Under the pieces are notes generated by a model. That model was not told the DNA's origin and ran no database searches. It was given only the letters and a program-made list of their open reading frames with translations. Shown here piece by piece: positions 9,192 through 18,109 of a DNA stretch of 64,000 bases (positions are counted from its first letter, which is position 1; each line of letters opens with the position of its first letter). Source of the DNA: an uncultured archaeon (GTDB taxonomy: Archaea; Thermoproteota; Nitrososphaeria; Nitrososphaerales; Gagatemarchaeaceae); contig CAWFOU010000001.1 in NCBI GenBank assembly GCA_963817525.1, forward strand, positions 704,001 to 768,000. Reading direction: 5' to 3'. The translations under genes were made by a program, and so were the position numbers.

Positions 9192-9570
9192 CCCGCGCCT
9201 GCGCAACCACCACTTCGCCTCCGCTCAGCGTAAAGTCGTAGGTCTCCCCCGGGTGAAGAGTCGTTTGGGGCAGCTCCCACCGCACCTGTGCCGTCGCCGT
9301 CGAGCTCCCGAAGGACGCGGCTATTGTCGTGCCCCCGAGCGCGACAGAGAGCTGCACGCCCGGGTAGCTCTCGAGGCCAGAGACCACCGTGGTCCCCGAC
9401 GACATCGAATCGATCATCGCCTGCAGGCCCGAGGCGACAGCCTGGGCTGACCTCTCCTGCGAGGCGGAGTAGACGAGATAGACCGGCCTGGCGAGCAGCA
9501 CCGCGAGCCCGATGATGGAGGCGAAGTAGATGGCTTGGGAGAGCTGAGAGGTGACGGCGACTGTGGGCAA
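9184..9570 (-). CDS. Pilin-like protein
   Basis: N-terminal hydrophobic helix followed by amphipathic helix and beta strands; operon context. Confidence 0.65.
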   Translation of the reverse strand: MPTVAVTSQLSQAIYFASIIGLAVLLARPVYLVYSASQERSAQAVASGLQAMIDSMSSGTTVVSGLESYPGVQLSVALGGTTIAASFGSSTATAQVRWELPQTTLHPGETYDFTLSGGEVVVAQARDD

Positions 9571-9571
9571 C

Positions 9572-9937
9572 TCAGCAGGACACCCCGAGGCTGAGCGAGT
9601 CGCCGGGCGCAGAAAATGCGAGAGTGCACGCCCCGGTCAAGCCCCGATAGTCGAAGGAGCACGGGAAGCCCACCTCGTAACCTCTGGACTGGTCGTCTAT
9701 GGTGACGGAGAGAGAGCCCGCGGAGCACGAGAGGGAGGCGCTCTGGAGCGGGAGGAGGAGGGTCACGTTCCTCCCCTCGACCGCAGCGATCCGCGCGGCG
9801 CCGGCAATCTGGTCCGAGGCGGAGGCAGAGGCGACGTCGTTGAGCCCAGGCATCGCCCCGCTCACGACCGCTATACTGGCCGCGGCCAGGCCCGCGGTGA
9901 TTCCCAACACGAGGACGTACTCTATGATCTCTACCAT
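9572..9937 (-). CDS. TadE/Flp-like minor pilin
   Basis: MVEIIEYVLVLG (E5-Y6 Flp motif after Met removal), hydrophobic helix, four Cys. Confidence 0.7.
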   Translation of the reverse strand: MVEIIEYVLVLGITAGLAAASIAVVSGAMPGLNDVASASASDQIAGAARIAAVEGRNVTLLLPLQSASLSCSAGSLSVTIDDQSRGYEVGFPCSFDYRGLTGACTLAFSAPGDSLSLGVSC

Positions 9938-10018
9938 CCGATTCCGACAGAGAAGGCTCCACGGAGATTTAAGCGGCCACGCGTTGGCGCTTTATTACCC
10001 GGCGACCCTCTTTCAGGG

Positions 10019-11491
10019 ATGATCGGCCGGGTCGAGAGGGCGCTCCTGCTCTTCGCCAGGAAGAAGAAAGGAAAGGGCGCCTCGAGCGGACCGCTCCTGA
10101 TAGAGCTGCTCCAGCCCTCCGACGGCGAGCTGACAGAGTCGTACCCGGTCGGGCTCTTCAGGTGCGAGGTCAGGAAGGGGGAGGAGGGGAACCTCTACGA
10201 CATCGTGCCCGTGCTCGGTGCGGAGAACCTCGCGATGCTGCGCGCAGCCGTCGGGCGGATAAGCGAGAGGCTCCGCGTCGAGCAGGTGGAGCCCCTGAGC
10301 TTCACGAGGCTCATCGAAGTCCTAGGCCAGATGGCGGCCCACGAGCTCTCGAAGGTCCGCGACCTCGGGATGGTGAGGGAGCTCTCGCGCCTCGCGGCCT
10401 TCGAGGCCGTGGGGCTCCCGACTGTCTTCGCGCTCTCCAGGGACAAGAACGTCCAAGAGTTCTTCCTCGACTCCCCGAACTCGCCCGTGTACCTCGACCA
10501 CGCGAAGTACGGCAGGTGCGAGAGCAGGATCTTCCTGACCGAGAGGGAGAGGCGGGCTCTCGAGACTCACATGGACACGTTCAAAGGCTACACTCTCGAC
10601 TACGCCAACCCGTCCCTCAAGAACGAGTTCGACGTCTTCGGGACGAGGCTCCGGGTATCGCTCGACCTCGACCCCCTCGCCGTGAGCGGGTTCTCCCTCG
10701 ACGTGCGCAAGCTCACCTCCAACGTCCTGACCCTCCGCGACCTCGTGGGGATGGACGTCCTCTCCGTTGAGGCCGCAGCGTTCCTTCTCGCCTCCCTTGA
10801 GGCCGGGGTGAACGTGACGATTGTGGGAGAGACGGGGACTGGCAAGACCACGCTCCTGAACTCGCTGGACGAGGCGCTCGACCCGAGGCTCAGGAGGATA
10901 TACATCGAGGACGCGGTCGAGACGAAGGACCTCCTGGAGAGGGGCTACCACCAGATGAAGCTGAGGGTGGACCCGTTCGAGAGGGGGGGCGAGGCGCAGC
11001 GGACCAAGTCAGAGGAGATAACGAAGATACTTCACAGGTCGCCCGACCTGGTGATCCTCGGCGAGATCCAGTCGGAGGAGCACAGCAGGGCGTTCTTCCA
11101 GGCCCTCTCCGCTGGAATAAGGGGGCTCCAGACCTTCCACTCGTCCTCGCCAGAGCAGGCGATCCGGAGGTGGCGGGAGCTCCACGGCATCTCGAAGGTC
11201 AACCTCCTCGACCTCGGAATAATCGTCCAGATGCTCAGGCCCCAGAGGCTCTCCCCGAGGAGGTGCGTCCAGGGCATCTCGGTCGTCACAGGCGGCCTGG
11301 AGGGGGAAGCCGAGCCTCGGCTCCTCAGGCTGTACTCGCGCGGGCCGGAGGGCCCGCTCCGGAGGAGCGCCCCCTGGGGCGAGATAGAGCTCCCGCTGCA
11401 GGCGACGGCGAGGGAGGCGTTCCTCTCGAGCCTGGAGAGGCAGATCGAGAGGATCGGGCAAGCCCAGGGCGCGAGGGCCTCGACGGGTTGA
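10019..11491 (+). CDS. Type IV pilus assembly ATPase (TadA/CpaF/FlaI family)
   Basis: Walker A GETGTGKT, IEDAVE Asp box, SPDLVILGEI Walker B, GLQTFHS His box; ATG about 21 nt after TTTATTA. Confidence 0.92.
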   Translation: MIGRVERALLLFARKKKGKGASSGPLLIELLQPSDGELTESYPVGLFRCEVRKGEEGNLYDIVPVLGAENLAMLRAAVGRISERLRVEQVEPLSFTRLIEVLGQMAAHELSKVRDLGMVRELSRLAAFEAVGLPTVFALSRDKNVQEFFLDSPNSPVYLDHAKYGRCESRIFLTERERRALETHMDTFKGYTLDYANPSLKNEFDVFGTRLRVSLDLDPLAVSGFSLDVRKLTSNVLTLRDLVGMDVLSVEAAAFLLASLEAGVNVTIVGETGTGKTTLLNSLDEALDPRLRRIYIEDAVETKDLLERGYHQMKLRVDPFERGGEAQRTKSEEITKILHRSPDLVILGEIQSEEHSRAFFQALSAGIRGLQTFHSSSPEQAIRRWRELHGISKVNLLDLGIIVQMLRPQRLSPRRCVQGISVVTGGLEGEAEPRLLRLYSRGPEGPLRRSAPWGEIELPLQATAREAFLSSLERQIERIGQAQGARASTG

Positions 11492-12207
11492 GGATCCAGT
11501 CCTGGGAGCAGGTGGGCCTCGACCAGGCCAGGGCGGCGGCGTTCACGCTCTGCTCGGCGGCGGCCCTCTTCGCCGTCGTGGCCGTGGTGGGAGGGGTGCT
11601 GCGCCTAGGCTCTGTCTCGCTCGTGCTGGGGGCGATGGCCGGCGCGGGCGCGGGGTACCTGATCTCCACAGGCCCGAGGCGGACGTTGCGCGTCGCGGCC
11701 TTCCGGCAGACGGTGGAGGCCCCGCCGTTCGCCGCTTCCTCAAACATCTACCTAAAGTCGACTGGCTCGCGCAGCAAGACCTTCCTGATGCTGCGGGCGG
11801 AGGAGCCCCTCCTGGGCTCTTTCCTGGCGGAGGTCCGGAGGAGGGTGCTTCTGGGCTACGATGCGTCCTCGGCGACAGCGGGCGCCCGGCCTGAGAGCCA
11901 CGTCTTCTCCGAGTCGGTGAAGACGGTCATCAACTCCGTGGTGGGGGTCGACGGGGAGAGGATAGACCAGGGTGGAGACGAGCTCGACGGCATCCTGAAC
12001 TCGGGCGGGCTCGACGAAGAGACGAAGATGCCCCTATTCATCGCGGTCTCGTTCTTCCTCCCGATAATGCTGATGCTGTTCGCGGCGATCACCAAGGGGA
12101 CGGGTCCGGAAGCGATGGCCGCGCTGGTCGTGCTAGAGGTGATCCTCCTCGACCTTACCCTCGCCGTCTCGGGGAGCTCCGTGAGCTGGGGGAAGGAGAA
12201 GGCGTGA
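11488..12207 (+). CDS. TadB-like membrane platform protein
   Basis: TTG overlaps ATPase stop; 2 TM, soluble helical domain, 2 TM. Confidence 0.7.
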   Translation: MRIQSWEQVGLDQARAAAFTLCSAAALFAVVAVVGGVLRLGSVSLVLGAMAGAGAGYLISTGPRRTLRVAAFRQTVEAPPFAASSNIYLKSTGSRSKTFLMLRAEEPLLGSFLAEVRRRVLLGYDASSATAGARPESHVFSESVKTVINSVVGVDGERIDQGGDELDGILNSGGLDEETKMPLFIAVSFFLPIMLMLFAAITKGTGPEAMAALVVLEVILLDLTLAVSGSSVSWGKEKA

Positions 12208-12842
12208 GCGCCCGCACGGCGGCCGAGCTTGAGGTGATGAGGAGGCTCCGGACGGTCCTCAAGCGCTCGTCGAGGGGCCTCGGGCTCGCGGCCGCGTTCG
12301 TCGGCGTCTTCTCCAGGTCGAAGGACGGTGCGGAGAGGGACGCGGTGAGGAGGATTCTTCTCGGGACGCCCGTGGACAGGGCGCTGGCCGGCCTCATGAA
12401 AGAGGCCGGGTCCTCGGGGGAGCTCCTCAGGTTCGTCGCCACCCTCGCCAGGATAAGCTCGCTAGAGGCGAGCAGGGGAGCGGAGAGGCTCTCCTCCCTC
12501 TTCGACAGGTGGACGCTCCTCAAGGAGAAGCGGGCGATGGAGCAGAAGGTGATGGCGTTCAGGGGGATGATCGTGTCGGTCGTCGCGGGTGTGGTCGTGG
12601 GGATGCTGGCGACGCTAGCCCCTGTCATCTCCGGGTTCCAGATAGCGCTGGGGACGACGCCTCAGGCGACGTCCAGCTTCCCGCCTTACGAAGGGGCGCT
12701 CTTCCTCCTCCCCAGCGCGCTCTGCCTCGGGCTCTTCCTTTCGCCCAAGAGGCCCTACGTCAACCTCGCGGTCTCCCTGCTGGCCTTCGCTGGGGTGGTC
12801 TACTTCCTGGGCCCCCTCGCGGACTTTAGCCTGGGGCCGTGA
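12204..12842 (+). CDS. TadC-like membrane platform protein
   Basis: T2SSF-like RRILLGTPVDRAL segment then 3 TM; coupled start. Confidence 0.7.
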   Translation: MSARTAAELEVMRRLRTVLKRSSRGLGLAAAFVGVFSRSKDGAERDAVRRILLGTPVDRALAGLMKEAGSSGELLRFVATLARISSLEASRGAERLSSLFDRWTLLKEKRAMEQKVMAFRGMIVSVVAGVVVGMLATLAPVISGFQIALGTTPQATSSFPPYEGALFLLPSALCLGLFLSPKRPYVNLAVSLLAFAGVVYFLGPLADFSLGP

Positions 12843-12882
12843 GCCCGTGGGAGGTTAAATAACGCAAGGCACTATCTAAGGG

Positions 12883-13101
12883 ATGATCGTCGAAAGGTTA
12901 GTTCCAAGACTGAAGAAGAACAGGAGGGCGGCGCAGCTCATCGAGGAGGCGCTGCTCCTGTCCGTGGCGCTGGTCGCGCTGTCCCTGCTCGTGGGCGGGG
13001 TGGACTCGATTCTGAAGCAGGCGAGCAGCCTCACTTCGAACATCTGGACGTCCATCGACTCGAGCCTCAACGACCTATTCAGCACCGCGTTCCACTGGTG
13101 A
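12883..13101 (+). CDS. Flp-like major pilin
   Basis: 72 aa, class III leader ...KKNRRA|AQLIEEALLL with E at +5; own TATA (TTAAATA near 12855). Confidence 0.8.
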   Translation: MIVERLVPRLKKNRRAAQLIEEALLLSVALVALSLLVGGVDSILKQASSLTSNIWTSIDSSLNDLFSTAFHW

Positions 13102-14897
13102 GGGTCGGGACCATGGTCGCGGAGGAGGACTCGGTCTCGGCGGTGGGCAGGGGCGCGGGGAACCTCTTCTCGCGCTTCAAGTGGAGGTTGGCGAGCAGCG
13201 TCCCCATCAGGGTCGACTCCGTCTCCGTGGTCGATGGCAGGTACCTCGCGACGACGCGGTCCAACAACGTCCGGCTCTTCTCGCTCCTCAGGGTCCACCT
13301 CTCCGACTCGGTCGAGGAGCCCAAGCTCGACTACTCGGCCGCCGTCAGGATCACGCTGCAGCACCAGCGGATGAAGGGCCTTCTGGACGGCCTCCACAGG
13401 GCGAAGATACCCTTCCTCTACACGATGATGGTAAAGCCGTCAAACCAGGACGAGGACGAGGAGAACCAGATCTTCGAGTTCGACCTTGTCGTCGGGACGT
13501 GGGTCGACGCAAGAGGGAAGGAGCTGAAGGACGCGAGGTCCGAGTGCGAGCAGAATGCCGCCACCCTCGCGGCCACGCTCTCGGTCGGCCTTCCCAACTC
13601 GTCCGTGAGGCGCCTCACCCGGAGCGAGCTGGCAGGCTTCGCGAAGGCGCTGCTCCTCCCCGAGGAGCCGAAGCTCCGGCAGGTGGCGGACTCGGCCACG
13701 CTGAGCACGCTAGAGTCGTTCGAGGGGCACGGTCCCAGCGTCGCGCCCGCGAGCGTGTCTCCCGACTTTTACCTCCCCAACTCGAAGGAGTCCGGGGAGC
13801 GCGGGGAGGGGATAGTGCTGGGGCGCGTAAAGGCGAGGTCGGGGAGCGCGCACGAGTTCAGGCTCCAGCTGGAAGACCTCAGGCGCCACGTGACGCTCAT
13901 GGGGATGACGGGCTCGGGCAAGTCCACCACGGCGGGGGTGATAGTCCGGCAGGTCGCCGCGATGGGCCTCCCGGTGATGATCCTCGACTGGCACACAGAA
14001 CACGCCGAACTCGTGAAGTCGGTCGGCGGCCAAGTCCTCTCACCCGGGAAGGACGATTTCGCGATAAACCCGCTCGACGTCGGCCCTGCAACGGAGCCAT
14101 CCGAACACATCGAAATGATCACCGACATCTTCTCCGACACGTATCACTTCACCCATCCGCAGGCGTACATGTTCAGGAACGCGCTCCAGCGGTGCCTCGG
14201 AGAATCGTCCGAGCGCGAGGTCCCGACCCTGGCCTCGCTTGTCAGCACCATCGAGAGCTACCCTCTCAGGTCGGCATACGATAACGAGACCAAGGTCGCC
14301 CTCCTGAGGCGGCTGGTGCCGCTGACTCAGGGGAGCGTTGGGAGAGCATTCAACTCTCCTTCTAGCCACACCGTTGATGAGCTCCTGGACAAGGTCCTCT
14401 GCGTCGAACTCGGGCAAATTAGAGACATCCAGTCCAGGAGCATCTTCGCAGACATCCTGATGAAGCTCATCTACGAGACCAGACTCTCGAGGAAGGCGAG
14501 GATGGAGCACCTCATGATGATCGAGGAGGCGCGCAACATCGCGCCGGTCAGGAGGGACGAGGACCCTCCGAGCGTTGGAGAGAGGATGATATCGGAGTTG
14601 AGGAAGTTCGGGGAATCGATGCTCTTCATCGCACAGTTCCCCAGCCAGGTGGCGCCGGAGGTAGTGAAGAACTCCGGCGTGAGGATAATCCACAGGGTGG
14701 CATGGGCGGAGGACCTCCGGCTGGTGCGCGACTCGCTAAACCTCACCCCGGAGCAGCTGGCGTACGTCTCGACCTTGGGCGTGGGCGAGGCTGTCGTGAG
14801 CCTCACCAGGCTCCAGAAGCCGCTCTTGGTTCAGGTCGAGGCGGGAAGCTCTGTCCTGCCCGTGAGGAGAGACATCAGCCTGGCAGAGGAATCGTAG
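13098..14897 (+). CDS. HerA/VirB4-like (DUF87) ATPase; chimeric, 3' half supplied by the integrated element
   Basis: Walker A GMTGSGKS, ILDWHxEH, MMIEEAR Walker B, ELRKFG, IAQFP; GTG overlaps the pilin stop. Confidence 0.92.
   Translation: MRVGTMVAEEDSVSAVGRGAGNLFSRFKWRLASSVPIRVDSVSVVDGRYLATTRSNNVRLFSLLRVHLSDSVEEPKLDYSAAVRITLQHQRMKGLLDGLHRAKIPFLYTMMVKPSNQDEDEENQIFEFDLVVGTWVDARGKELKDARSECEQNAATLAATLSVGLPNSSVRRLTRSELAGFAKALLLPEEPKLRQVADSATLSTLESFEGHGPSVAPASVSPDFYLPNSKESGERGEGIVLGRVKARSGSAHEFRLQLEDLRRHVTLMGMTGSGKSTTAGVIVRQVAAMGLPVMILDWHTEHAELVKSVGGQVLSPGKDDFAINPLDVGPATEPSEHIEMITDIFSDTYHFTHPQAYMFRNALQRCLGESSEREVPTLASLVSTIESYPLRSAYDNETKVALLRRLVPLTQGSVGRAFNSPSSHTVDELLDKVLCVELGQIRDIQSRSIFADILMKLIYETRLSRKARMEHLMMIEEARNIAPVRRDEDPPSVGERMISELRKFGESMLFIAQFPSQVAPEVVKNSGVRIIHRVAWAEDLRLVRDSLNLTPEQLAYVSTLGVGEAVVSLTRLQKPLLVQVEAGSSVLPVRRDISLAEES
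13989..14897 (+). repeat. 909-bp element-borne replacement copy of the HerA 3' half (direct repeat of 33402-34310)
   Basis: Gap-free alignment; 37 of 302 aa differ by manual count; many synonymous changes. Confidence 0.95.
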
Positions 14898-14930
14898 CCC
14901 TCGGTCCGGTAGATCTATCTCGTGGGTCGG
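14831..14930 (-). pseudogene. Decayed C-terminal remnant of adenylate kinase
   Basis: *IYRTEGYDSSARLMSLLTGRTELPAST* versus WIDWTLSYDSSSKLRSLLAGDRELPAST* of 34244-34822. Confidence 0.75.
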
Positions 14931-15063
14931 CGCTTCCTCCCTATCGGCAACACTGCCCGGGCCGCCATCTTGGCGGAAATGGACGTGCTTCCAGCGGCAG
15001 AGGCACTCGCGAAATTCGAGGCCTTTGACAGGCACCTCCGTTCGCAGGTAGGTCCTTGACTCG

Positions 15064-15561
15064 CTAGCTGCTGAACGCAGAGACCACATTCTTCAGTTCG
15101 GCTGATTCCATCGGCGTCGCCAGTGCGTCGACGACGTCCCAGCGTATGGCCGTCCCCAGTCGCCGGCAGAGCGTTTGGACATCCTCGATATCCTGAGGAC
15201 GTGATGCGCGCATCTTTGCTATCAGCAAGGCCTCCAGACACATGACCCGTATCTCGCCCGATCCCACTCGTTTCATGACTGCTGTCGAGAACACCTCAGA
15301 GACCGGAATCCCGCTGACGTCTCTGGTGTACACGTCCAGCTTCACCCCTTCCGGCGTTCTGATCACCTTCTTCCCGCTTTCATGAAAGATGCGGTACCCC
15401 AGCCCTTCGAACTCTTCGTCGCTCAGTGGGGTGGCGAGGGCCAGGTCGATGTCCCGCGTGCGGCGGTACGGGCCGACGTGGCAGATGACAGCGAAGGCGC
15501 CGACGAAGACCACCTCTTTCAGGTCCCGCGAGACCCTCACGGCTATGCTCTCGAGGCTCAC
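15064..15561 (-). CDS. Nucleotidyltransferase toxin (AbiEii-like)
   Basis: VFVGAFAV, RRTRDIDL, LLIAKMRASRPQDIED motifs. Confidence 0.8.
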   Translation of the reverse strand: MSLESIAVRVSRDLKEVVFVGAFAVICHVGPYRRTRDIDLALATPLSDEEFEGLGYRIFHESGKKVIRTPEGVKLDVYTRDVSGIPVSEVFSTAVMKRVGSGEIRVMCLEALLIAKMRASRPQDIEDVQTLCRRLGTAIRWDVVDALATPMESAELKNVVSAFSS

Positions 15562-16199
15562 GCGGGAAGGTCCTCCCTCACCTTCAGGACAAGGTCGGTC
15601 GGGAACTCGCCTCTGACGGAGAGCCGGTCGCCATATAGGAGCTCGATGGCGATGGCGTCGAGCGTGCTCCTCCCGCCGAACGCCAGGCAGTCCAGGTAGA
15701 CCCTCTGGATCTCGTTCTCGAAACCGCCGTCCTCCTTCGGCAGAATCGCCACCCTCCCTTTGCTGCCCTCGGAGAATCCTGCGGACCTAAGGGACTTGGC
15801 CTGCTTGTCGGGGTCTTCAGCATAGACGAAGAAGGTGTGCGGCGTTTGAAATCGGGTGAGTTCGTAGGCACGGTAGTCCAGCGTGACCATCCCCCTCAGG
15901 GACCTCCTGGCGTAGTTGACGTCGCTTTCGTCGTACGCCCGCCCGAAGTACCTGGCCTGCTTCAGCGCCCGGAGAGAGGGCAGCAGGTGGAGCAGCGTCT
16001 GGTAGGGTTGGAACGCAGACGACCTCACCGTGAAGTGACCCCTCCTCTGCGTCTCGGCGGCAAGCCCGAGCTCCTGGAGACGGCGTATGAATCTGTACGC
16101 CGTCGCCCTCGACCCTGCAGGCCCGAAGAGCTCGCTAGCGCGATAGACGGGCTTCTGCCCCAATGCTTGCACTACCGCCAGCGACGGCTCCATTTTCAC
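15558..16199 (-). CDS. wHTH antitoxin / regulator (AbiEi-like)
   Basis: N-terminal wHTH (SRATAYRFIRRLQELGL), C-terminal RVYLDCL; coupled to the NTase gene. Confidence 0.7.
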   Translation of the reverse strand: MKMEPSLAVVQALGQKPVYRASELFGPAGSRATAYRFIRRLQELGLAAETQRRGHFTVRSSAFQPYQTLLHLLPSLRALKQARYFGRAYDESDVNYARRSLRGMVTLDYRAYELTRFQTPHTFFVYAEDPDKQAKSLRSAGFSEGSKGRVAILPKEDGGFENEIQRVYLDCLAFGGRSTLDAIAIELLYGDRLSVRGEFPTDLVLKVREDLPA

Positions 16200-16233
16200 G
16201 AGGAAGCTGGTCTCCTGGCAGCTATATAAGAAT

Positions 16234-16249
16234 GTCTCAATTATGAGAC
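16234..16249. promoter_or_regulatory. Inverted-repeat operator GTCTCA-ATTA-TGAGAC
   Basis: Perfect 6-bp arms directly upstream of the TTATATA box of the TA operon. Confidence 0.6.
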
Positions 16250-16297
16250 TATAAACGGAGAAACCAGCCTATGAGCGCTGCCGCGAGCAAGATGCGA

Positions 16298-17647
16298 TCA
16301 AACGCTTGTTCGCGGTCTCCTAGCGAACATGACTAACAGGATTGCGAAGAGAGCGACCAGTGTTACCCCCGTGCCTATCTCGAACAGAGTGAAGGACCCC
16401 GACTGGCTGTAGTTGGTCAACTTATCTTGGATGCCCAGCATCAAGCTCCCGTTTCCCGTTGTGCTGAAGAAGTAGAGCGTGCTGGGATGACCCGTTCCTC
16501 CCTGGCCGCTGAGACCTGAGGCCGCTGCCGCAAAAGAGCCGTCGCTGGAGACACCCTCTGTAAGGGCTGAGTAAAGTGGATCGCTCCAAATCAGCCTGCC
16601 CGCGGAGTTGATGAGCTCCATGCCGTTGCCGCCCGCTCCCCCGAGCAGGAACAGCCCGTTCGACGTGCGAAGCAGGTTCGATTCCCCGTAGGTGTAGTTG
16701 GCGAGCAGCTTTCCGCCGCCGTCGTAGAAGAGGGCGTTAGAGTCGGTGACGTAGGCGGCGGCCGTGCCGTTCGGAAGCAGGGCCTCGGAGAGCACTCCGC
16801 TGTCGACGTGATGCCCCCACAGCAAGCCGCCCTGTCCCGTTAGCAAGAACACCGTGCCGTTGGTGTCCGAGCTGAAGTTGCCGGCTGCGATCAAAGTTCC
16901 GTTCGGGGTGACAGCGATCGAACTCTCGGGGATCGGAGAGGGCGCTTCGTTAACCAAGATACTGTTCTCGCCGGTACCGAGCGTTGTTATCCCGTTCGTG
17001 CCGACCGGCACGCGGGTTCCGTTCTGCGACACGAAGAAGGTGGGAGGACCCTCCTGAGCGGAGTTGTTCCCGGTGGGATAACCTCCGGCGGTGTAGGTCC
17101 ACACGACCTGGCCTTGCCAGGTGAGCAGGGTGAGCGAGTCTGAGCTAGCGACCGCTATCCTGGACCCGTCAGCTGACATGGTGGCAGACCATGGGGAGCT
17201 GGCGGTCCGGTTCCAAAGCATGTTCCCGTTAGAGTCGAACGCGTACACCTCGGCGTTTGCGTAGACTCCGGCAGGTCCGGTGAGTATCTGATATCCGTTC
17301 GCCTCGATGCGGGAGCCGTTTCCAGATATGGCGACCTCGCCTATTATCCTGCTCGTCTGATGCTCCCACAGAAGGTTGCCGGCGCTGTCGAACAGGAGCA
17401 CCGCTCCGCTGGTCAGGTTGAAACCGACCCCGACGGCGACATAGCTCCCGTTGTCGGTGATCGCCACAGAGTTGACCGTCCCGCTCGTATGGTAAACCCA
17501 AAGCGGGGTCTTTGCCGTGACAAGAGGATTGCCCGCCGTCACGATGAAGAGCGACAAGATCACGAGCGCGGCCAGGGCTACGGCCAGGGTAATTCTGCGC
17601 CGTGTGGGGCCTCTACGGCTCTCGTAGCCTGCCGAGAGGTCAGTCAT
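16298..17647 (-). CDS. Membrane-anchored PQQ/WD-like beta-propeller surface protein
   Basis: N- and C-terminal TM, repeated FDSxGNxLW and VAIxxxGSxxA blades. Confidence 0.8.
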   Translation of the reverse strand: MTDLSAGYESRRGPTRRRITLAVALAALVILSLFIVTAGNPLVTAKTPLWVYHTSGTVNSVAITDNGSYVAVGVGFNLTSGAVLLFDSAGNLLWEHQTSRIIGEVAISGNGSRIEANGYQILTGPAGVYANAEVYAFDSNGNMLWNRTASSPWSATMSADGSRIAVASSDSLTLLTWQGQVVWTYTAGGYPTGNNSAQEGPPTFFVSQNGTRVPVGTNGITTLGTGENSILVNEAPSPIPESSIAVTPNGTLIAAGNFSSDTNGTVFLLTGQGGLLWGHHVDSGVLSEALLPNGTAAAYVTDSNALFYDGGGKLLANYTYGESNLLRTSNGLFLLGGAGGNGMELINSAGRLIWSDPLYSALTEGVSSDGSFAAAASGLSGQGGTGHPSTLYFFSTTGNGSLMLGIQDKLTNYSQSGSFTLFEIGTGVTLVALFAILLVMFARRPRTSV

Positions 17648-17897
17648 GATGAGATTCCCCCTTGTTGGCCATGTGGAGGAACCGCTTGAAGCCAATTCCA
17701 TAGGCGATGCCACCGAAAATCAAGACATCGACAACCAATAGGCACCACGCAAAGATATCTCCGAGATATCCAGTGGGGAACCAAGGGTCGAGTGCGTAGG
17801 CTTCGAGTGCGATTGCCTCCGGGACGAAAAGAGCGATTCCGCCTACTATCGCTATCAACGTAAGAACGTAGAAGTATCTGTTGAATCTAGTCATCAT
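17640..17897 (-). CDS. Small 2-TM membrane protein
   Basis: Two hydrophobic helices; stop overlaps downstream start. Confidence 0.6.
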   Translation of the reverse strand: MMTRFNRYFYVLTLIAIVGGIALFVPEAIALEAYALDPWFPTGYLGDIFAWCLLVVDVLIFGGIAYGIGFKRFLHMANKGESHHD

Positions 17898-18109
17898 TCT
17901 TTCTTCCCGATCTTACAATCTGTCTTCATACGAAGAGCCTTCTCATTAACCATGCCCTGAATGCTGTGTTAGCCCGTTGGCGACGCAAACAGTGGGGTCA
18001 GGAACTCTAGGCAAGTCACCAGAGCCCCCTCTCCTCGGAAGAGAGTTCTTCGCAGCTCGAGTCAGTCCTGAGTGTGACGAGTCTGCAAAGGGAACGCGCG
18101 CTTCGGTTC

